NCBI RefSeq assembly: GCF_009914755.1
Contig: NC_060945.1
Length of the DNA: 64,000 nt
From: the human T2T-CHM13v2.0 reference genome, Homo sapiens
Direction: 5' to 3' (one strand)
Below, piece by piece: positions 1 to 18,711 of the stretch. The position numbers were made by a program, and so were the translations under genes. Below the pieces are notes generated by a model, which worked only from the letters and a program-made list of their open reading frames with translations, had not been told where the DNA came from and ran no database searches. Every line of letters starts with the position of its first letter. Positions within the stretch are counted from its first letter, which is position 1.

Positions 1-274
1 CAGGCCAGATACGTGTTTAAGAACCACGGAGTTAGAGTAAGAATGTGGAGGAAATGTGCAGAGTAGAGATGAAGGATGGGGAACTGTGTTACTGATGGAT
101 CATGGGTTCCACAGGTGCAAAGAAAGGCACTCAGGATTTGTGCAGGGATGGGGGACGGGATGAGATTGAGAAGTGTTCAAGGCTGATGAGCAATGAGAGA
201 TGGGCTGGGAATCTAGGGCTTCTTGGGTGACAAATACAAATTGGGTAAAGGGCACATGGAGATTTGCCATGCTG

Positions 275-757
275 GTCTAAATCAGCACAATCAACATAAA
301 TGTAGTACAGATAATTTTAAATCTTTTATTGACCTTACTAGAAAAGAAACAAGTAAACTTAGTTTAATAGTATATTTTGTTATCCAATGTATGCAAAATA
401 TTATTTCTTTTTTTGTTGTTTTTGCAAATTTCTTAAAAAAAAAAATACAGACAGCATCTTGCTTTGTCGACCAGGCTGGTCTCAAACTCCTGGCCTCAAA
501 CTCCTGGCCTCAAGCAGTCCTACCACCTCAGCCTCCCAAAATGTTGGGACTACACAAATGAGCCACCACACCCAGCCCCAAATATCATTTCAACATGCAA
601 TCAGTATAAACATTACTGAGATATTTGACATCCTTGTTTTTTTATAGTTAGTCTTCCAAGTTTGTGTGCATTTTACACTTCAAGCACATCCCAGTTCAGA
701 GCAGACACATTTCAAGCGCTCGGTAACCACATGTGCAGTGGACCATGCAGGTCTAGG
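275..757. mobile_element. MER33/MER3-like hAT-Charlie DNA transposon fossil, interrupted by an Alu monomer
   Basis: Resembles MER3/MER33 consensus (CATTTCAACATGCAATCAGTATAAA...CACATTTCAAGCGCTC...CCACATGTG); ends approximate. Confidence 0.6.
405..578 (-). mobile_element. Alu left-arm monomer (FLAM-like) with an internal 14-bp tandem duplication
   Basis: CCAGGCTGGTCTCAAACTCCTGGC...ATGAGCCACCACACCCAGCC; CTCAAACTCCTGGC occurs twice at 481-508. Confidence 0.8.
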
Positions 758-1944
758 TGGTGGTGATGAGGTCGCAAATGTTGGATGATCTCTACAGAAC
801 ATTCCTTTCAGAATACAAACATACTATAATATACTCAATCTTAAGGCAGCTGTATATGATTATATAGAATTATGTTCTTATTTAACCCAATATAGCTTTT
901 CCAGAAAAGTATCATGAGAGTCTTAGTCACATGCTCTGCTAAAGTCCAAAAATTCCATGTTGGCCACACTTATCTAATAGAAATTAGTCTGGCATGAATT
1001 TCCTGGTGAATCCGTGCGAGCATCAGCTTCCAGAGGTGTCAGTTTCTTTTTTCTGTGTATTCTCATGCCAGTCTTTTAACAATCCAGTCTGCCTGCTTGC
1101 TTTCATTTGTGTGGAGCTGATCTTTTCTTATTTTCTGACAGTTGAAGTTACTTACTCTGGGGGAGAAAGGACGATGGGAAAATGAGCAACCACTTGCCAT
1201 TTAAGTGGTAGCAAAGCTGGATTTGATTTATTAGACCTGATGCTAGGATTCCAGATTATTATAAGCAAGAAACGGCTTGCATTGCTTGTGGAGGATCACG
1301 TGACAAAGGATTGACCAATCGACCATGGAAATAACTTGAAACTAAGTTGCCAAAGAGGGGGTGGTTGGAGGACAATGTCTAGATAAAAGGGCACCAAGAA
1401 AAATGAAGGAAAGGATGTTATGGAGAGAAAAGCAACAGAGAAGAGTGCCCTCACACGTGCTCGCAGAAAAAAATCAGGAAGTCGACTGGGGAAAAAAAGT
1501 TTGTGTGGATGCTTCTCTGTCTACGTACTGATGCTCAGAGTGGGAAAGAAGCAATCTGGTATTTTAACACAGGGAAGTAGACATGGCTTCATAGATGACA
1601 CCAAGTGTTGGTAGAATAAAACTGATAACTAGAGTTAAGGAATGAGAGTATAGTTCTTTTTCAAAAGAAACTGACCTGGGAGTATGCTCTTTTGCTTGCC
1701 CAGCTGGAAAAACATTTAAAAGCTCCCTCTTCAAACAGACAGCTTGAGTAGCCCCAGACCCAGGCGAACTCTTTGTCATTGTCCATGCCATTAGGGCAGG
1801 ATTTTAAAACAGGATTCTCACATCACTGCTCTACGTTGGAACACTGAATCAGATTATCTTTATCAGACAGTCTACACTCTATTCCCCCTCTTGTTCTGGT
1901 TTTATGCATTTCTGTGCTAGACTGAGTACATAATTTGTCAATAA

Positions 1945-2172
1945 AGCACGGATTTTGTGAATCAGACACATCCATGTTAAACCGGGGTCCATCATTTCCC
2001 ACATGGTGACATCATTCCTATTAGCTAAGCTTAGTCTCTATCCTCCTCTACAAAATGAGGATAATGCAACATACTCCCTGGGGCTATTATGAGGCTCCTG
2101 GGGCTATTATGAGGCTTAGGGATGACATCTGCGAAGGGCTTGGCACCAATGGGCATTCAATAAATGCTAGTT
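1945..2172 (+). mobile_element. MIR SINE remnant
   Basis: CTACAAAATGAGGATAATG...GGCTTGGCACC...CATTCAATAAATGCTAG is MIR core-like. Confidence 0.65.
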
Positions 2173-2451
2173 GGGTATCGAGACTGTGGACTCAATTTAG
2201 ACAAAGATTTTTCATCTGGTTTAGCTGGTTATTATATATGACAAAAAGAGATCACAATGTGATAGTTGGCTAAAGCAGTCTGAGTCTTAAGTGAATTCTG
2301 CTCAGGGCCTTAAAAATAGACAAAGGAAAAATGAGAGCCAGGCTGGGACATCTTCAACAAAAGTTTGACATCATTCTTGTGAAAGTATTGGGAGGATTCT
2401 GATGGGTGGCCTTTAGTCTGACATATTTCAGCCTTCACTCTTTCTCATCAC

Positions 2452-2985
2452 CTTATTGAGCTATAATTCACATACCGTACAATTCACTCATTTAAACTGT
2501 ACAATTTAATAGTTTTTAGTATATTCACAGAGGTGTGCCACCATTGCCACAGTCAATTTGAGGGCATTTTCATCACTTCAAAAACAAACCCCTCTGCTTC
2601 TCTCTCCCCCAGCCCTAGGCAACCACTAATCTACATTCTTTCTCTGTAGATTTCCTTGTTCTGGGTATTTTATATAAATGGAATCATACATTATGTGGTC
2701 TTTTGTGATTGGCTTCTTTCACTTAACATAATGTCTTCAAAGTTCATCCATGTTGTATCTCGTGTCAGTACTTCATTTCTTCTTATGACCAAATACCATT
2801 CCACTGGATGGTATACCTTATTTCATTTGTCTGTTTGTCAATTGATGGGCATTTGGGTTGTCTCCACCTTTTGGCCATTATGAATACTGTTGCTGTAAAC
2901 ATATGTGCATAAGTCTTTGTGTGGGCATTAAAAATAAAAAATTTCCTTTGAGTATATGCCTAGGAGTGGAATTGCTGGGTTTCAG
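2452..2985 (-). mobile_element. L1MB-type LINE-1 3' end
   Basis: ATAATTCACATACC...AATGGAATCATACATTATGTGGTCTTTTGTGATTGGCTTCTTTCACTT...CCTAGGAGTGGAATTGCTGGGT. Confidence 0.85.
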
Positions 2986-3360
2986 CCTTCTCTTGGTTTT
3001 TCTGTTACAGGGAAGATCAAGAGTTAAGGACTGTACCATTATCCCCCTAAAAGACTTTCCTGTAAGAATCTTAAGTTAATAATGACTGAGCACCTACTGC
3101 ATACCAAGTACTATTGTAGGCATTGGGCAGCTTCAGTAGGCGTATCGGATTCTAGTCTCTCCTGGGTCAAGATGGAGCCTGACACTAGTGACAACTTTTA
3201 TTCACAGCAGTCATTATTGTAGGCTACCTTATGGGAACATCTGGTATGCCCAACTTACAGGGTTGCTGTGATACTTTGAGTATCATGCTTTTTCTATTTA
3301 CTTGTGTATGTCTGCCTTTAGCTAGAGGCAGTAAATGTGGATCAAAAATAAAGATGTGGG

Positions 3361-4025
<665 letters not shown>

Positions 4026-4586
4026 GCAGCCGTACAGCTTTCAAAAATGAAGAGAGGAACTCGTGGGCACTACTGGCATACATCTAAGAATAAAATGTGA
4101 ACAATCTGGTTGTTGTGTTATAACAACTTGGTTAATACAATATGATATTGATGAGATGCTCCCAACTCATCTTGGAGTAACTGAATGATGCTACCTGAAA
4201 GGTAGATATGAGTAGGAAGTGGAGGTATACAGGGGCTGGAGTGGGGCAAGGAGGCTTTCCAGGCATGGAGAAAAGTGTAAACTAAGACACAGCTTATGTG
4301 AGAAACAAGCATAGTACAAGTAATCTAGTGTTGCTGGATCATAAGGGCTTCTGGGATAAAGAATCTTCAAAGAAGGAGAGATATAATTGCTTAACATACA
4401 GCTCACCAATGGGATTATGCAATGATTTATAACTGTCCCCTAGATAGCTGTGTGGCATCAGACAAGCCATTAACATCTCTGTGCCTCATTTGTCATCAAA
4501 TGCTGCATGGGAATAAAACGTCGTGAATTATCTCCTTTCTAAAGTGACACATGAATTGCTAAAAAAAAAAAAAAAAGAAAAATTAA

Positions 4587-4890
<304 letters not shown>

Positions 4891-6744
4891 TAAGAACTTT
4901 CTAATATTGTCCTATATGTAGCCAAGCCTTGTGCAGATAAAGATTATTATTGCCGTTTGGGACAAGTGGATGCTTTCAGAGAGTCTTAGTTGAGGTTTCC
5001 TAGAGGCTGAACCTGAGATAGAGATCCTTATGCAAGTGGTTTATTGAACTTACTAGTTTTGGAAGAAACTAGTAAGAAGGTGAGGGAAGCAGAAAAGGGC
5101 AGGAGGAGAAGCAAATGCAAATGTTAAAATAGAAGGATTTAACCACTTTCAAAAAGAGGGCACTCATTTACAAAGTAGTAAAGGACACACATTTAATTAT
5201 ATAAAAATGTGCATAGATGTTTGGAAATTTTGACATGTAGTCACAGAATAATGTGAAAATTATATACAATTATTGACATTCAAATAGCAGAAACATAGAA
5301 AGTCAAAGGTTGGCCATGGATGACCCTCATCAAGGGCAAATGTGTACACATCTATGCACTTATATTTAATGGCAATGAACTTGTCAGCTACAGCCTGTTT
5401 GACATTTACAGAATGATGTGTGATAATGGGATTGATGAATTCATTAGCATTATGAATCATACATAAATAGAATCTTTAGCACATTTTATTAAGTGTGAAC
5501 TAAAATATGTTGTTTGGAGAGGACAAAGATTACAAATGTTTTAAACTGGGTTCCCAAAGGGCAAGGAAAATTAAACAGTCAGATTCCACCCTAAATGATC
5601 AAAAGGTGGAATGTACATCTCAGTCACGTTGTGCTGATGTGGCAGTAGGGCCAGAGGAGTTTTGGAAAATCCAAAGAAGCACAAAGCTTGAGTATGAGCA
5701 TAAAGGAAAACACCAAGCGCTGAGTCAGACACTGGACAAGAAGTTCTTTTCTGATTTTTCAAATGAAAAGACTGTACAGTTGAGATTAAGGTTCATTAAT
5801 TTATTGATTCAACCAATATTTAGAGAGCACCTCTTACGTGCTGGGTCCTGTGGTTGTTGCTGCAGTTACAGACATGAAGAGGCAGGAATGAGCTCCCAAG
5901 CCAAGTATGCAGGATTGTGTCATTTCTCGTTCCATGCTTTTTGCTAATCATGTCTGGGGGTTTATAGGCTGTGTCTACATTTGTGTGGTTTCCTAGAGAT
6001 TTCAAATATTAAAAAATATCCAAACCCCTTCCCATTGCCTTAAACTCTTCCCTTAATTCATATTCCAGAATTGCCACAGGGAAAAATGGATCTCTTCTTT
6101 CCCCCAGGAAAAAAACCCCACAAGCTTATAGTTATGGTAAATTAATTGGTGAATATTCTTCATTAACTATTCTGTATCTTAATTTTTTTCCCTGAAAAAT
6201 GAAAATGTTACTTATACCACTGGGAGCATTTTGCTGATTATTAGTATCCAAGGTATAAAATTTTTTGAGATTCTGGGAACAAGAACTCCCCCATGGAGAG
6301 ATTAAACTACCTTCTCTTATACATTATAGAGTTTACTATCTTGATTTATTTCTTCTTGTTGATCTCTAATCCATCCAATAACCATAGCCACTAGTAATTG
6401 TGAATATCTTTTTATTATATCGGGTTTCTTGTAACTTTGAGGATTTTGTTTTAGTAAATTAAATATATTATTTGTACATGTAATTTTGCTGCATAGAACA
6501 ACTGGATTTCTGGATAAGTAGCTTGAATGTTATGTCCTAGAGAATAGGAGTTTATTACTTGCTAATATGGCTTATTACATTCTGATGAATATTTTGACTA
6601 TGATCTGAGTTGAATTGATAGGAATACATTTTCGAAGTACTTAAAAATTATTTATGGTGGTTCTTTTGTAGTGTTTTCCTTTTTATAAAACCACACTGTC
6701 TGAGAAGAACTCTCTTACTTCTGTGTCTTAACTTGTGGGAACAA

Positions 6745-6882
6745 TTTATTTATTTATTTATTCATATTAGAGATGGGGCCTCATAATGTTTCCCAGGATG
6801 GCCTCAAACTTCTAGGCTCATGGGACCCTCCCGCCTCAGCCTCCCAAGTAGCTGGGCCTACAGATGCCCACTGCTGTCCCCG
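6745..6882 (-). mobile_element. Alu monomer (FLAM-like)
   Basis: GAGATGGGGCCTC...CCTCAGCCTCCCAAGTAGCTGGG. Confidence 0.8.
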
Positions 6883-6920
6883 ACTATCTATATGAATTAT
6901 CTTTATCATTGAAAATTTAG

Positions 6921-7261
<341 letters not shown>

Positions 7262-9109
7262 TTAAAGCCTATAGAGAGTCTTGGAATTTATGGGATGTTG
7301 AATTTTTAAAAATTCATTTGTATTAAGTGGACTTTTTATAAAAGAGTAAATACCTAATTAAAATAATATTTTATCTGATGTTACCAAAGAGTTCTTCATT
7401 TCAACGTTCCATCCCTGAGTAAGTTAACTTATGAGGAATGAATTATATTACCTAGCAACCTCCATCCATCTTACCACATTGTTAAAAGCCTATATTCTGC
7501 AAATAATTCACGTAATGAAACAATAGGCATAAATTAAGTTATACATTTAATTAACATATACATAATTAAATTATATATACCAAGAAACATTAAACTTTTA
7601 AACAATTATAACCAAATTCATTGCTCATTTCTTCTAAATCGATATTTACATCTTTATTGTTAATTTCTAAGAAAAGCCTTAATAAGAAAAATAACCTAGG
7701 AGTATCTTGAATTAGCAAATGTATGTTTTATAGAAATTCTACATTTTATAGATTCTATCACTGCTTCTACAGTACATACATTTTTATATTTATGGATTCA
7801 TTGGTATCCTATAAATAGCCTGGATTTTTAATATAATTTATACTACTAGAGTATAAATTATACTCTAGTATAATGGTTCTCAGGTGCGCATATCAGAAGA
7901 CAAACACAGAGATGGTTGACATTGACATATAGCAGACTTTTATCCCCCTAAAAATGCATTTTTTTTAGCAGGTTCAAAATTGGAAGCATGAATTGAAACA
8001 ACACAGAAATAACATGTTTGCTTACAGTGGATAAATTTTGTACTATTTTATAGAAAACCTCTACAAATTTAAGACAAGTTACCGAGCTTGTTGACAAGTT
8101 ATGAGGCCATATGAAAAGCAAACACACAAACAACAAACTAGGCACTAAGAAAAAGTAAAAGGAAATTAAAGTTGGTCATTGCAATTTAATTAAGACAATA
8201 GTTTGAATGCAAATGAAGACATAAGACAAATTCAATGGAACATTAGAATTCCTTGGTACTGTAGTTTATATAAGCAGAAGCGGAGACATACTGAGGTTAA
8301 GTTTTCATCCAAAGTCACCATTAGATTGTGGCAGAGCTGGCTCCTGTCTCTTGTTGAGTCTTCTTTTCACTGCCTGACATTGCCTCTTATAAACAGGACA
8401 TGGTGCCAGTTAATTATAATTGCTTAAGAAAAAGCAATTGAAAAAATGGTGAATGGTAATTACATATGGGCTGAAATAACATTGATATAATCAGGAATAT
8501 TTGGGGGAGGAAACACCATTCTAGAACATCTATTTCAACCTTGGCAAGCTGGAATGACAATCTGCAACTTTATTTTTACCAGTTATCACTTACTGGTATA
8601 ATGAAACAAATGCTAACCGTAAAATTTAATTATTAAATCAAATATTAAAATAATTTATAAACATGTTTAAATCACATTGCACAAAGGAAAGAAAAGGGGT
8701 TGTATCATTTTCAGGCATAAAATCATTTCCTTCTTCCTTTTAATTTGATGTTAGACCAGCTTTTTTCATAGTCAAATTTGTACGGAAATGCCCAGAGAGG
8801 GCAAACAAGGAGCTTAACAGATGTCATTTTGCTATTCTGTGAAGCTAAATAGAACTGTAGTTTATTGAATGATTTCTCTTACTTCTACTTCTGCTTGAAT
8901 GTAGATTGGGGGATGGATAGTAGCTGAGTCCAATTTAATTTGTTCAATTACTCACCATTTGATTTATTTATATCATATGATAAATTAATCAGTTTGTTTT
9001 AATCTATACTCTGTATAGGGTTTACAATAAGAACATCATTTAAAGTATGGAGTGCAACTCTTACAGGTTATATATATTCATTTTATTTTACGAAAATTTA
9101 ATGTCATAT

Positions 9110-10760
<1,651 letters not shown>

Positions 10761-10775
10761 GCTATATGTGGCTAA

Positions 10776-11253
<478 letters not shown>

Positions 11254-11902
11254 TAACATCAATGTTAATGCTTTTAAATATTTTCCACAGGTGTTAAGTC
11301 ATTTATTACTTTACTAAGTCACAGAGTGCCATACATTTTATATGAAGGATAGGGATCCATTTCCTCAAATTATAACTGCTAGTAAGACAGAAGCATAGTG
11401 TGATGGTTTATTTTAGGTGTCAACTTGACTGGATTAATGGATACCTACATAACTGGTAAGACATTCTGTCTGGGTGTGTCACACCAATCTCTTAGATGGA
11501 CTAAACCGGGAAGATCCACCCTCAACACAGGTGAGCACCATCCAATCGGCTGGGGGACCACATAGAACAAAAAGGCAGAGAAAAGGTGAATTTGATTTCT
11601 CTCTCTTCTGGAGCTGGAACACCCTCTTCTGCTGCCCTTGGACATCAGAATCCCAGGTTTTCCAGCATTTGGGCTCCAGGACTCATAAAAGAAGCAGCCC
11701 TCTGTGTAATCAGGCTGTAAGCCTCAGACTGAGAGTTACATCGTCAGCTTCTTTTGTTCTGAGGCTTTCTGACTTGGGCTGACCCGTGCTGCCACCTCTC
11801 CTGATTCTCCAGCTTGCAGACTCCCTATGGTGGGACTTCTTAGCTTCCATGATCATGTGAGCCAATTCCCCTAATAAATTTCCTGTTATCTATGTAACTA
11901 TC

Positions 11903-12718
11903 TGCCATTGGCATCCAAACCAGAGTGATTCACTCTTCAATAAAGGCTGAATGAAGTGAGACCTTCTAGGTTACATTCCCAGGAATTTAGGTACTCTTGG
12001 TCATAAGATGTTTATGGTTGAAGGAACAAGTTAATTATGCTAATTAAGACCCAGAACTTAAGGAAATGTCCTGATATCCAGATATCTTAAGAACAGACCA
12101 GGCAAGGTGGTGCACACCTACAATCCCAGCACTTTTGGAGGCTGAGGCAGGTGGATCACTTGACCAGACTGGGCAATATAGTGCAACTCCATCTCTCCAA
12201 AAAATACAAACATTAGCCAAGAGTGATGGCACACACCTGTGACCCCAGCTACTTAAGAGGTTGAGGTGGGAGGATTACCTGAGTATGGGGACATCCAGGC
12301 TGCAGTGAGCCATGATTGTGCCACTGCACCCCAGCCTATGCAACAGAATAAAAAGCATTCTTAGTTTAGGAATAGGTTTCGCTTTAAAGATTATAGTACA
12401 TCCATAAATTCTTGCTGATATCAATAGGTAAACAAAAGAAGAACAATACTAATAGACTGTTACAAGCTAATCACAAGCCTTTGTATAATAATAAAGCACA
12501 TTATTCTTAGTTCTAACATTGTATATAAGCAAGCATTATGTTTGACGTAGGGGCGTTCCTTCTCTCGCTTTCTGAGGATGCCCTACTCTGTAATAAGAGT
12601 AGTCTCTAGTAAACTATCTTAATTTCACTCTACTCTGCTACTCACACTGAAGTCATTCCTGTCTGAAATCCAAGAACCCACTCTTGGGGTCTGGGACAAG
12701 ACCCTTTTTCTAGTAACA
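11903..12718 (+). mobile_element. MER41-family ERV1 solo LTR, interrupted by an Alu
   Basis: AACCAGAGTGA...CATTCCCAGG near the start; ATCCAAGAACCC..CTCTTGGGGTCTGG..GACCCTTTT..TAACA at the end. Confidence 0.75.
12097..12352 (+). mobile_element. AluJ-type, internally deleted
   Basis: Diverged Alu inside the MER41 LTR. Confidence 0.85.
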
Positions 12719-14534
12719 TCTATCTATCTTCTATCTATCTCTCGCCTATTGGTTCTATCTCTTTGGAGAACTCTAATACACACAGTAAAGTTAAGATTAA
12801 CACACAGAAGCAGGTCATGGATTATTCAGGTGGAACCACAGGGGACATTTGGTTGGGATTGCATGATTAACGCCCTACCATGTCATGTCATTGATCAATG
12901 GTCACTTCTTTCCTGAGCATTAGCATGTCTCTAAGATTTGCTCTTATCTATCAAATGAATGCAGAATGCCATTCATGTGATAAACCCCAACAGGTCCCAC
13001 AGAATTTTCACAGTCTATTGTGTCAAGTTGTACTTAAGAGAGATTTTTTACTTTATGGATCAATGACTGGATAGATCAAAATGAATCCTTTAAAGCTATC
13101 ATATTTTATCAGTTTGCTGCAGTTGTCTTGCAGGCTCAATGAAACCATGTTTCCTAGAGTCCAAAAATCTGGGAGGTGACCATCGACTCTTCTAGATGAG
13201 CTGGTGTTCTCTGCTTAACTAACTGCTCAAGTTCATTCCATGAGGGAGAAACCTCCCTTTTTGACTTTGAATACCACTGCTGAGAATTGTGCTTCTATTT
13301 CACTTTGTGGAATGCTTGAAGTGATTTTTACAGAATTCTTTTTGGAAATGTTAATACTTGTGGAACAAATGGCTTATTGTTAAACTTGGAGCTGGAAGAC
13401 CTGGATTTGAATGCGGATATTGCCAGTTACTAGCAGTGTGACCTCAGTTTCTTCAGTAAAACAGGATATTATCATTGTCTGACAAAGTTTTTTGGGCCTC
13501 AGTTAAAAAAATGTTAAGTTAAAGTCATTTCGGTTCTTGAAAGTGCCAAGCAAATGTGAGGCACTATTAGTATTTTGTAAAAAGCCATTTCTTTAAAGGG
13601 AAGACAATTCATGAAGAAAAAATTCAAATGAAAGCAAAGTAATAAATAAAATTACCTTAAGAACTGATGAGAGAATTCTGATTTTGTAGATGGAAATTTG
13701 TTTTTGAATTTAATGAATATACATATATTTACTCCTTTAAGTAGTTATTTTATGTTTCAAAAAGATTCAAACATTTTAATTGCAAAAAGTCTTTGCCTTG
13801 CTTTAAAAGCAAGTTTAATTTCAGGGACAATACACCTATTAATTACCCAAACCATTCCTAAGCAGTAACAGCCTTAAGAGCCTATTAATGTAAGGGGGGG
13901 TGTTAAGTCTTATTCAAAATGAATTGAACCCCTGACTCCAAGTCAGCTAGTTTATATTCTAAGACAATGAAAATTAAGAACAATGATTTAGCGACTCGAG
14001 AAGACTCAATCTAATATGATCCGAAAAAGGCCAATTATCGTAACTCTTTTAGCCAATATTAACTTCTGAATGTGTCAAATTCTCCATCTTGGAAAAACTG
14101 TGTTGACTCCAGCAGACATAAGAAGTTTTCTTCTCTCATTAACAAACCTTCTATGTTAGACCAGAGGAAGAAGCATTTAACTGGCATTATTCTAAAAATA
14201 ATGAAACAATTCAACAAATACATATTTTATAATGATTTTGTATTAAAATAGAACTGGTTTTACTTAATTGGTTGTAATTTAAAGTTCAAAATCTTAAAAA
14301 TATATTTGTTGTAAAAATGTCACCAGGTTCTGTGTTATCTCTTTTCAATTTTCCTTGAAAGAGTTGCTCATTATGATATTTAAATTCTTGTGTCTTACAT
14401 TTGAAAATTAGTACTGATTTTTCAATACAAAAAATCCTATCGAAACAGCTTGAAATCTTAGCAGTCTTTGTACTTTTCATAACATATTTTATTATACATA
14501 TTTTATATACAAATAAATAATTAAAAATATATAA

Positions 14535-14879
<345 letters not shown>

Positions 14880-15139
14880 TAGAATTTTGGCATTCATGTT
14901 GAAAATATGACCACAGATTTCTTCTTAGGTACATGGGAAGATTGCCTTGTATTCTAGTTTTAGGTTTCAGCAATTTCACCACTGACCATTTTATTGAAAT
15001 CATGTAGTGCTGTAGGTAGTCAGATAATGAGATGCCACTTAAAAGGCCTGAAATACTTGGGGTTGCATAATGGGGATGTATGTACTACGTTAGAGGCTAA
15101 TTCCAAAATTTGGGGAAAGACTAATAAAATGTTTCTCTT

Positions 15140-16432
<1,293 letters not shown>

Positions 16433-16507
16433 ACTCTTAAGGGGAACATCAACTTAGAGGGTCTTGTCCATGAGACTGAAATGTCTTCCAGTTGTCTTCG
16501 AGAAGAA

Positions 16508-17001
16508 TGTCCTCATTTGAGTTTCCCTGAAAGCAGAGGGCCTGAGACAAGTATGTGGGCTCAGGTAGTTTCTTTGGGAATTAATCCCAGGAAGCAGAAG
16601 TGAGAGAGTAGAGGCATGGGAAAACATGGAGTTATTGAGCTAGCTACCCCTGTGGAAAACTGGGGCTCCATTCTGTTGAAGAGCTTCTAAGAAACTTTGT
16701 GGAATCCCTCAGACATGTTTCAGGGAAGGACAGGGAGACTGGGACACCCGTCTATTAATTCAGTCTCCCATTGATTGTGGGTTTTGCTAGAGGCACTTTG
16801 GCACCATGCACTTCCAAGTGTGCCTGTTTAGGGGAGAGGCAGGCTGAGTTGCTTTCAGTGACTGCAGAGAAATCCAAATTGTGAGATGCCACAGCACAGC
16901 TTGAGGTGGGATGCTGGTTGCTTGCACAGACTTGTCCTTCGCAGCAGTGCTGAAATCTAGTGGCCAAGGGAAGTGGTTGAGGCACCACAAGTGTCTGCTA
17001 C
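16508..17001 (-). mobile_element. Old MaLR LTR (MLT1J-like)
   Basis: GAAAGCAGAG..CCTGAGACAAG...GGTAGTTT.TTTGGGA...ATCCCAGGAAGCA; ends CTGCTACA. Confidence 0.65.
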
Positions 17002-17103
17002 AGATAAGAGAAAGCAAATAGTATAAAAGAAGTTATTATCCAATTATTTCTAATAGAGTTGAGGGAGTGTCATTGCTGTAGGGTCATGGTCTGTACAGAG
17101 TGG

Positions 17104-18002
17104 TGTATGAGATGAGGACGTGCTACCCCAAAATATGCCTCTTTGGCGTAAAGATTACTTTGAGCTGATCATTTTTAGACACTAGACACAAGAGAAGTTT
17201 TGAAAACACAAACATTTCCCTTTTGTAAGGGAAACTTACACCTATAAAGAAAAATGTCCATTTGTAAGTGTGTCTCCCTCTCTGTACGAAGAAGGGAAAG
17301 ATGATTAAATTACTAGAGACCCACCCACCTAAATCTGCATAACAAGCCTTACTCTTATTTACTGTGCTGTTTCCAGTCACATCCCCATTACTGGCCTTCC
17401 CAACACCCTTCTTTCTTTGTTTCAGCAGAAGATGGTGCTTAAGCCTGAATTCTAAGTCACCTCTTGGAGATTTGCTCATTTCTTTGGGTATCTCCCAGTA
17501 TACATGAGGTATATATGTTATTAAACTTCCGTTTGCTATACTATGCAGCCATAAAAAAGGATGAGTTCATGTCCTTTGTAGGGACATGGATGAAGCTGGA
17601 AACCATCATTCTGAGCAAACTATCGCAAGGACAGAAAATCAAACGCCGCATGTTCCCACCCATAGGTGGGAAATGAACAATAACACTTGGACACAGGGTG
17701 GGGAACATAACACACTGGGGCCTGTCGTGGAGTCGGGGTAGGAGGAGGGATAGCATTAGGAGAAATACCTAATGTAAATGACAAATTAACGGGTGCAGCA
17801 AACCAACATGGCACATGTATACATATGTAACAAACCTGCACGTTGTGCACACGTACCTTAGAACTTAAAGTATAATAATAAAAGTAAATAAATAAATAAA
17901 CTTCCGTTTGCTTTTCTCTTGTTAATGTGTCTTCTGTTACAGGGGTCCATCTCAACTAAGAACTCTGAAAGTTAGAAAGAAAATTATTTTTCCTTCCCTA
18001 CA
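17104..18002 (+). mobile_element. MER34/MER39-like ERV1 solo LTR, interrupted by L1PA
   Basis: CTACCCCAAAATATGCCTCTTTGGC...TTGAGCTG start; TTTTCCTTCCCTACA end. Confidence 0.7.
17538..17897 (+). mobile_element. 5'-truncated L1PA 3' end (~360 bp)
   Basis: L1PA 3' UTR (GGATGAGTTCATGTCCTTTGTAGGGACATGG...AGAACTTAAAGTATAAT); perfect 15-bp TSD AAACTTCCGTTTGCT at 17523-17537 and 17898-17912, at a TT|AAA site. Confidence 0.95.
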
Positions 18003-18300
18003 GTTTAAAATGAGAGTTAAAGGCATTTTCTTGTATTACACAGAAGAAGGAGAATGCTGTGATTTTTCTTGATTAATGTTGAGTATCGAAATGGATGTCT
18101 TTCTATAATGACTGGAGTCTAATTAGCTATCCTGATTTGAAGAAAGCAGGTTTTCAGAAACACAGTGTCATATGTTCCTCCTAAGTTCATTAAGTAACCA
18201 GTGATCTGCAATTTGGTATCCCAGATGGACCTACCCTCAGGAAGTGAATGTCCTGTGCAAAGGGCTATTTTTCAGATAAAGCTCCCAAGATATGGAATAG

Positions 18301-18711
18301 TGTTGTAGAAAAAAATTGGGTTCTTGTCATGCGACCAGGAAAATTTAGACATGCAGATGCATTGTAGGGTGAGTAGGGCAGGATTTATTAAGTGAAAAGA
18401 AAATGGGAAAGAGGAACTCTCAGCAAAGCGAGAGAGAGTCCTGCCAGCAGGTCTCTTGCCTCACAGATTGAATCCCAGGTCACCACCCAGGAACTGAAGA
18501 GGCCAGGCTCCTCCCCGCTGCAAAAGGTGCAGACTTCCCAAGGCTCCGCCCTCGTCCTCCCGGTGCATAGGTGGACATTATTCAGAATCAGTCGGGAAAG
18601 GGCGGGTTTCATCTGGGACCAGCAGTTTGGTTTTTCAGCCTTCAGGCTGTTTTATGCTTGGAGGTGGGGACCCTTTCGCCGGGGACCCATGGCTGGCTTC
18701 TGTCTCTATCA
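18301..18711 (-). mobile_element. MER61-like ERV1 solo LTR
   Basis: TG...CA termini; perfect 4-bp TSD ATAG (18297-18300 and 18712-18715); MER61-like body. Confidence 0.8.

Larger units (their letters stand above)
11399..12780 (+). mobile_element. MLT2 (HERV-L) solo LTR hosting nested MER41 and Alu
   Basis: Starts TGTGATGGTT...GTGTCAACTTGACTGG, ends CTATTGGTTCT...CTAATACA; 5-bp TSD CATAG/CACAG. Confidence 0.85.

Noticed and set aside
5507-5947. 146-aa ORF in mostly unique sequence
   Set aside because: No recognisable domain, the 3' part overlaps L2-like sequence, and there is no promoter or splice support.
18301-18711. p53 response element in the MER61-like LTR
   Set aside because: Only one imperfect half-site (AGACATGCAG, ~18347) was seen; no paired RRRCWWGYYY.
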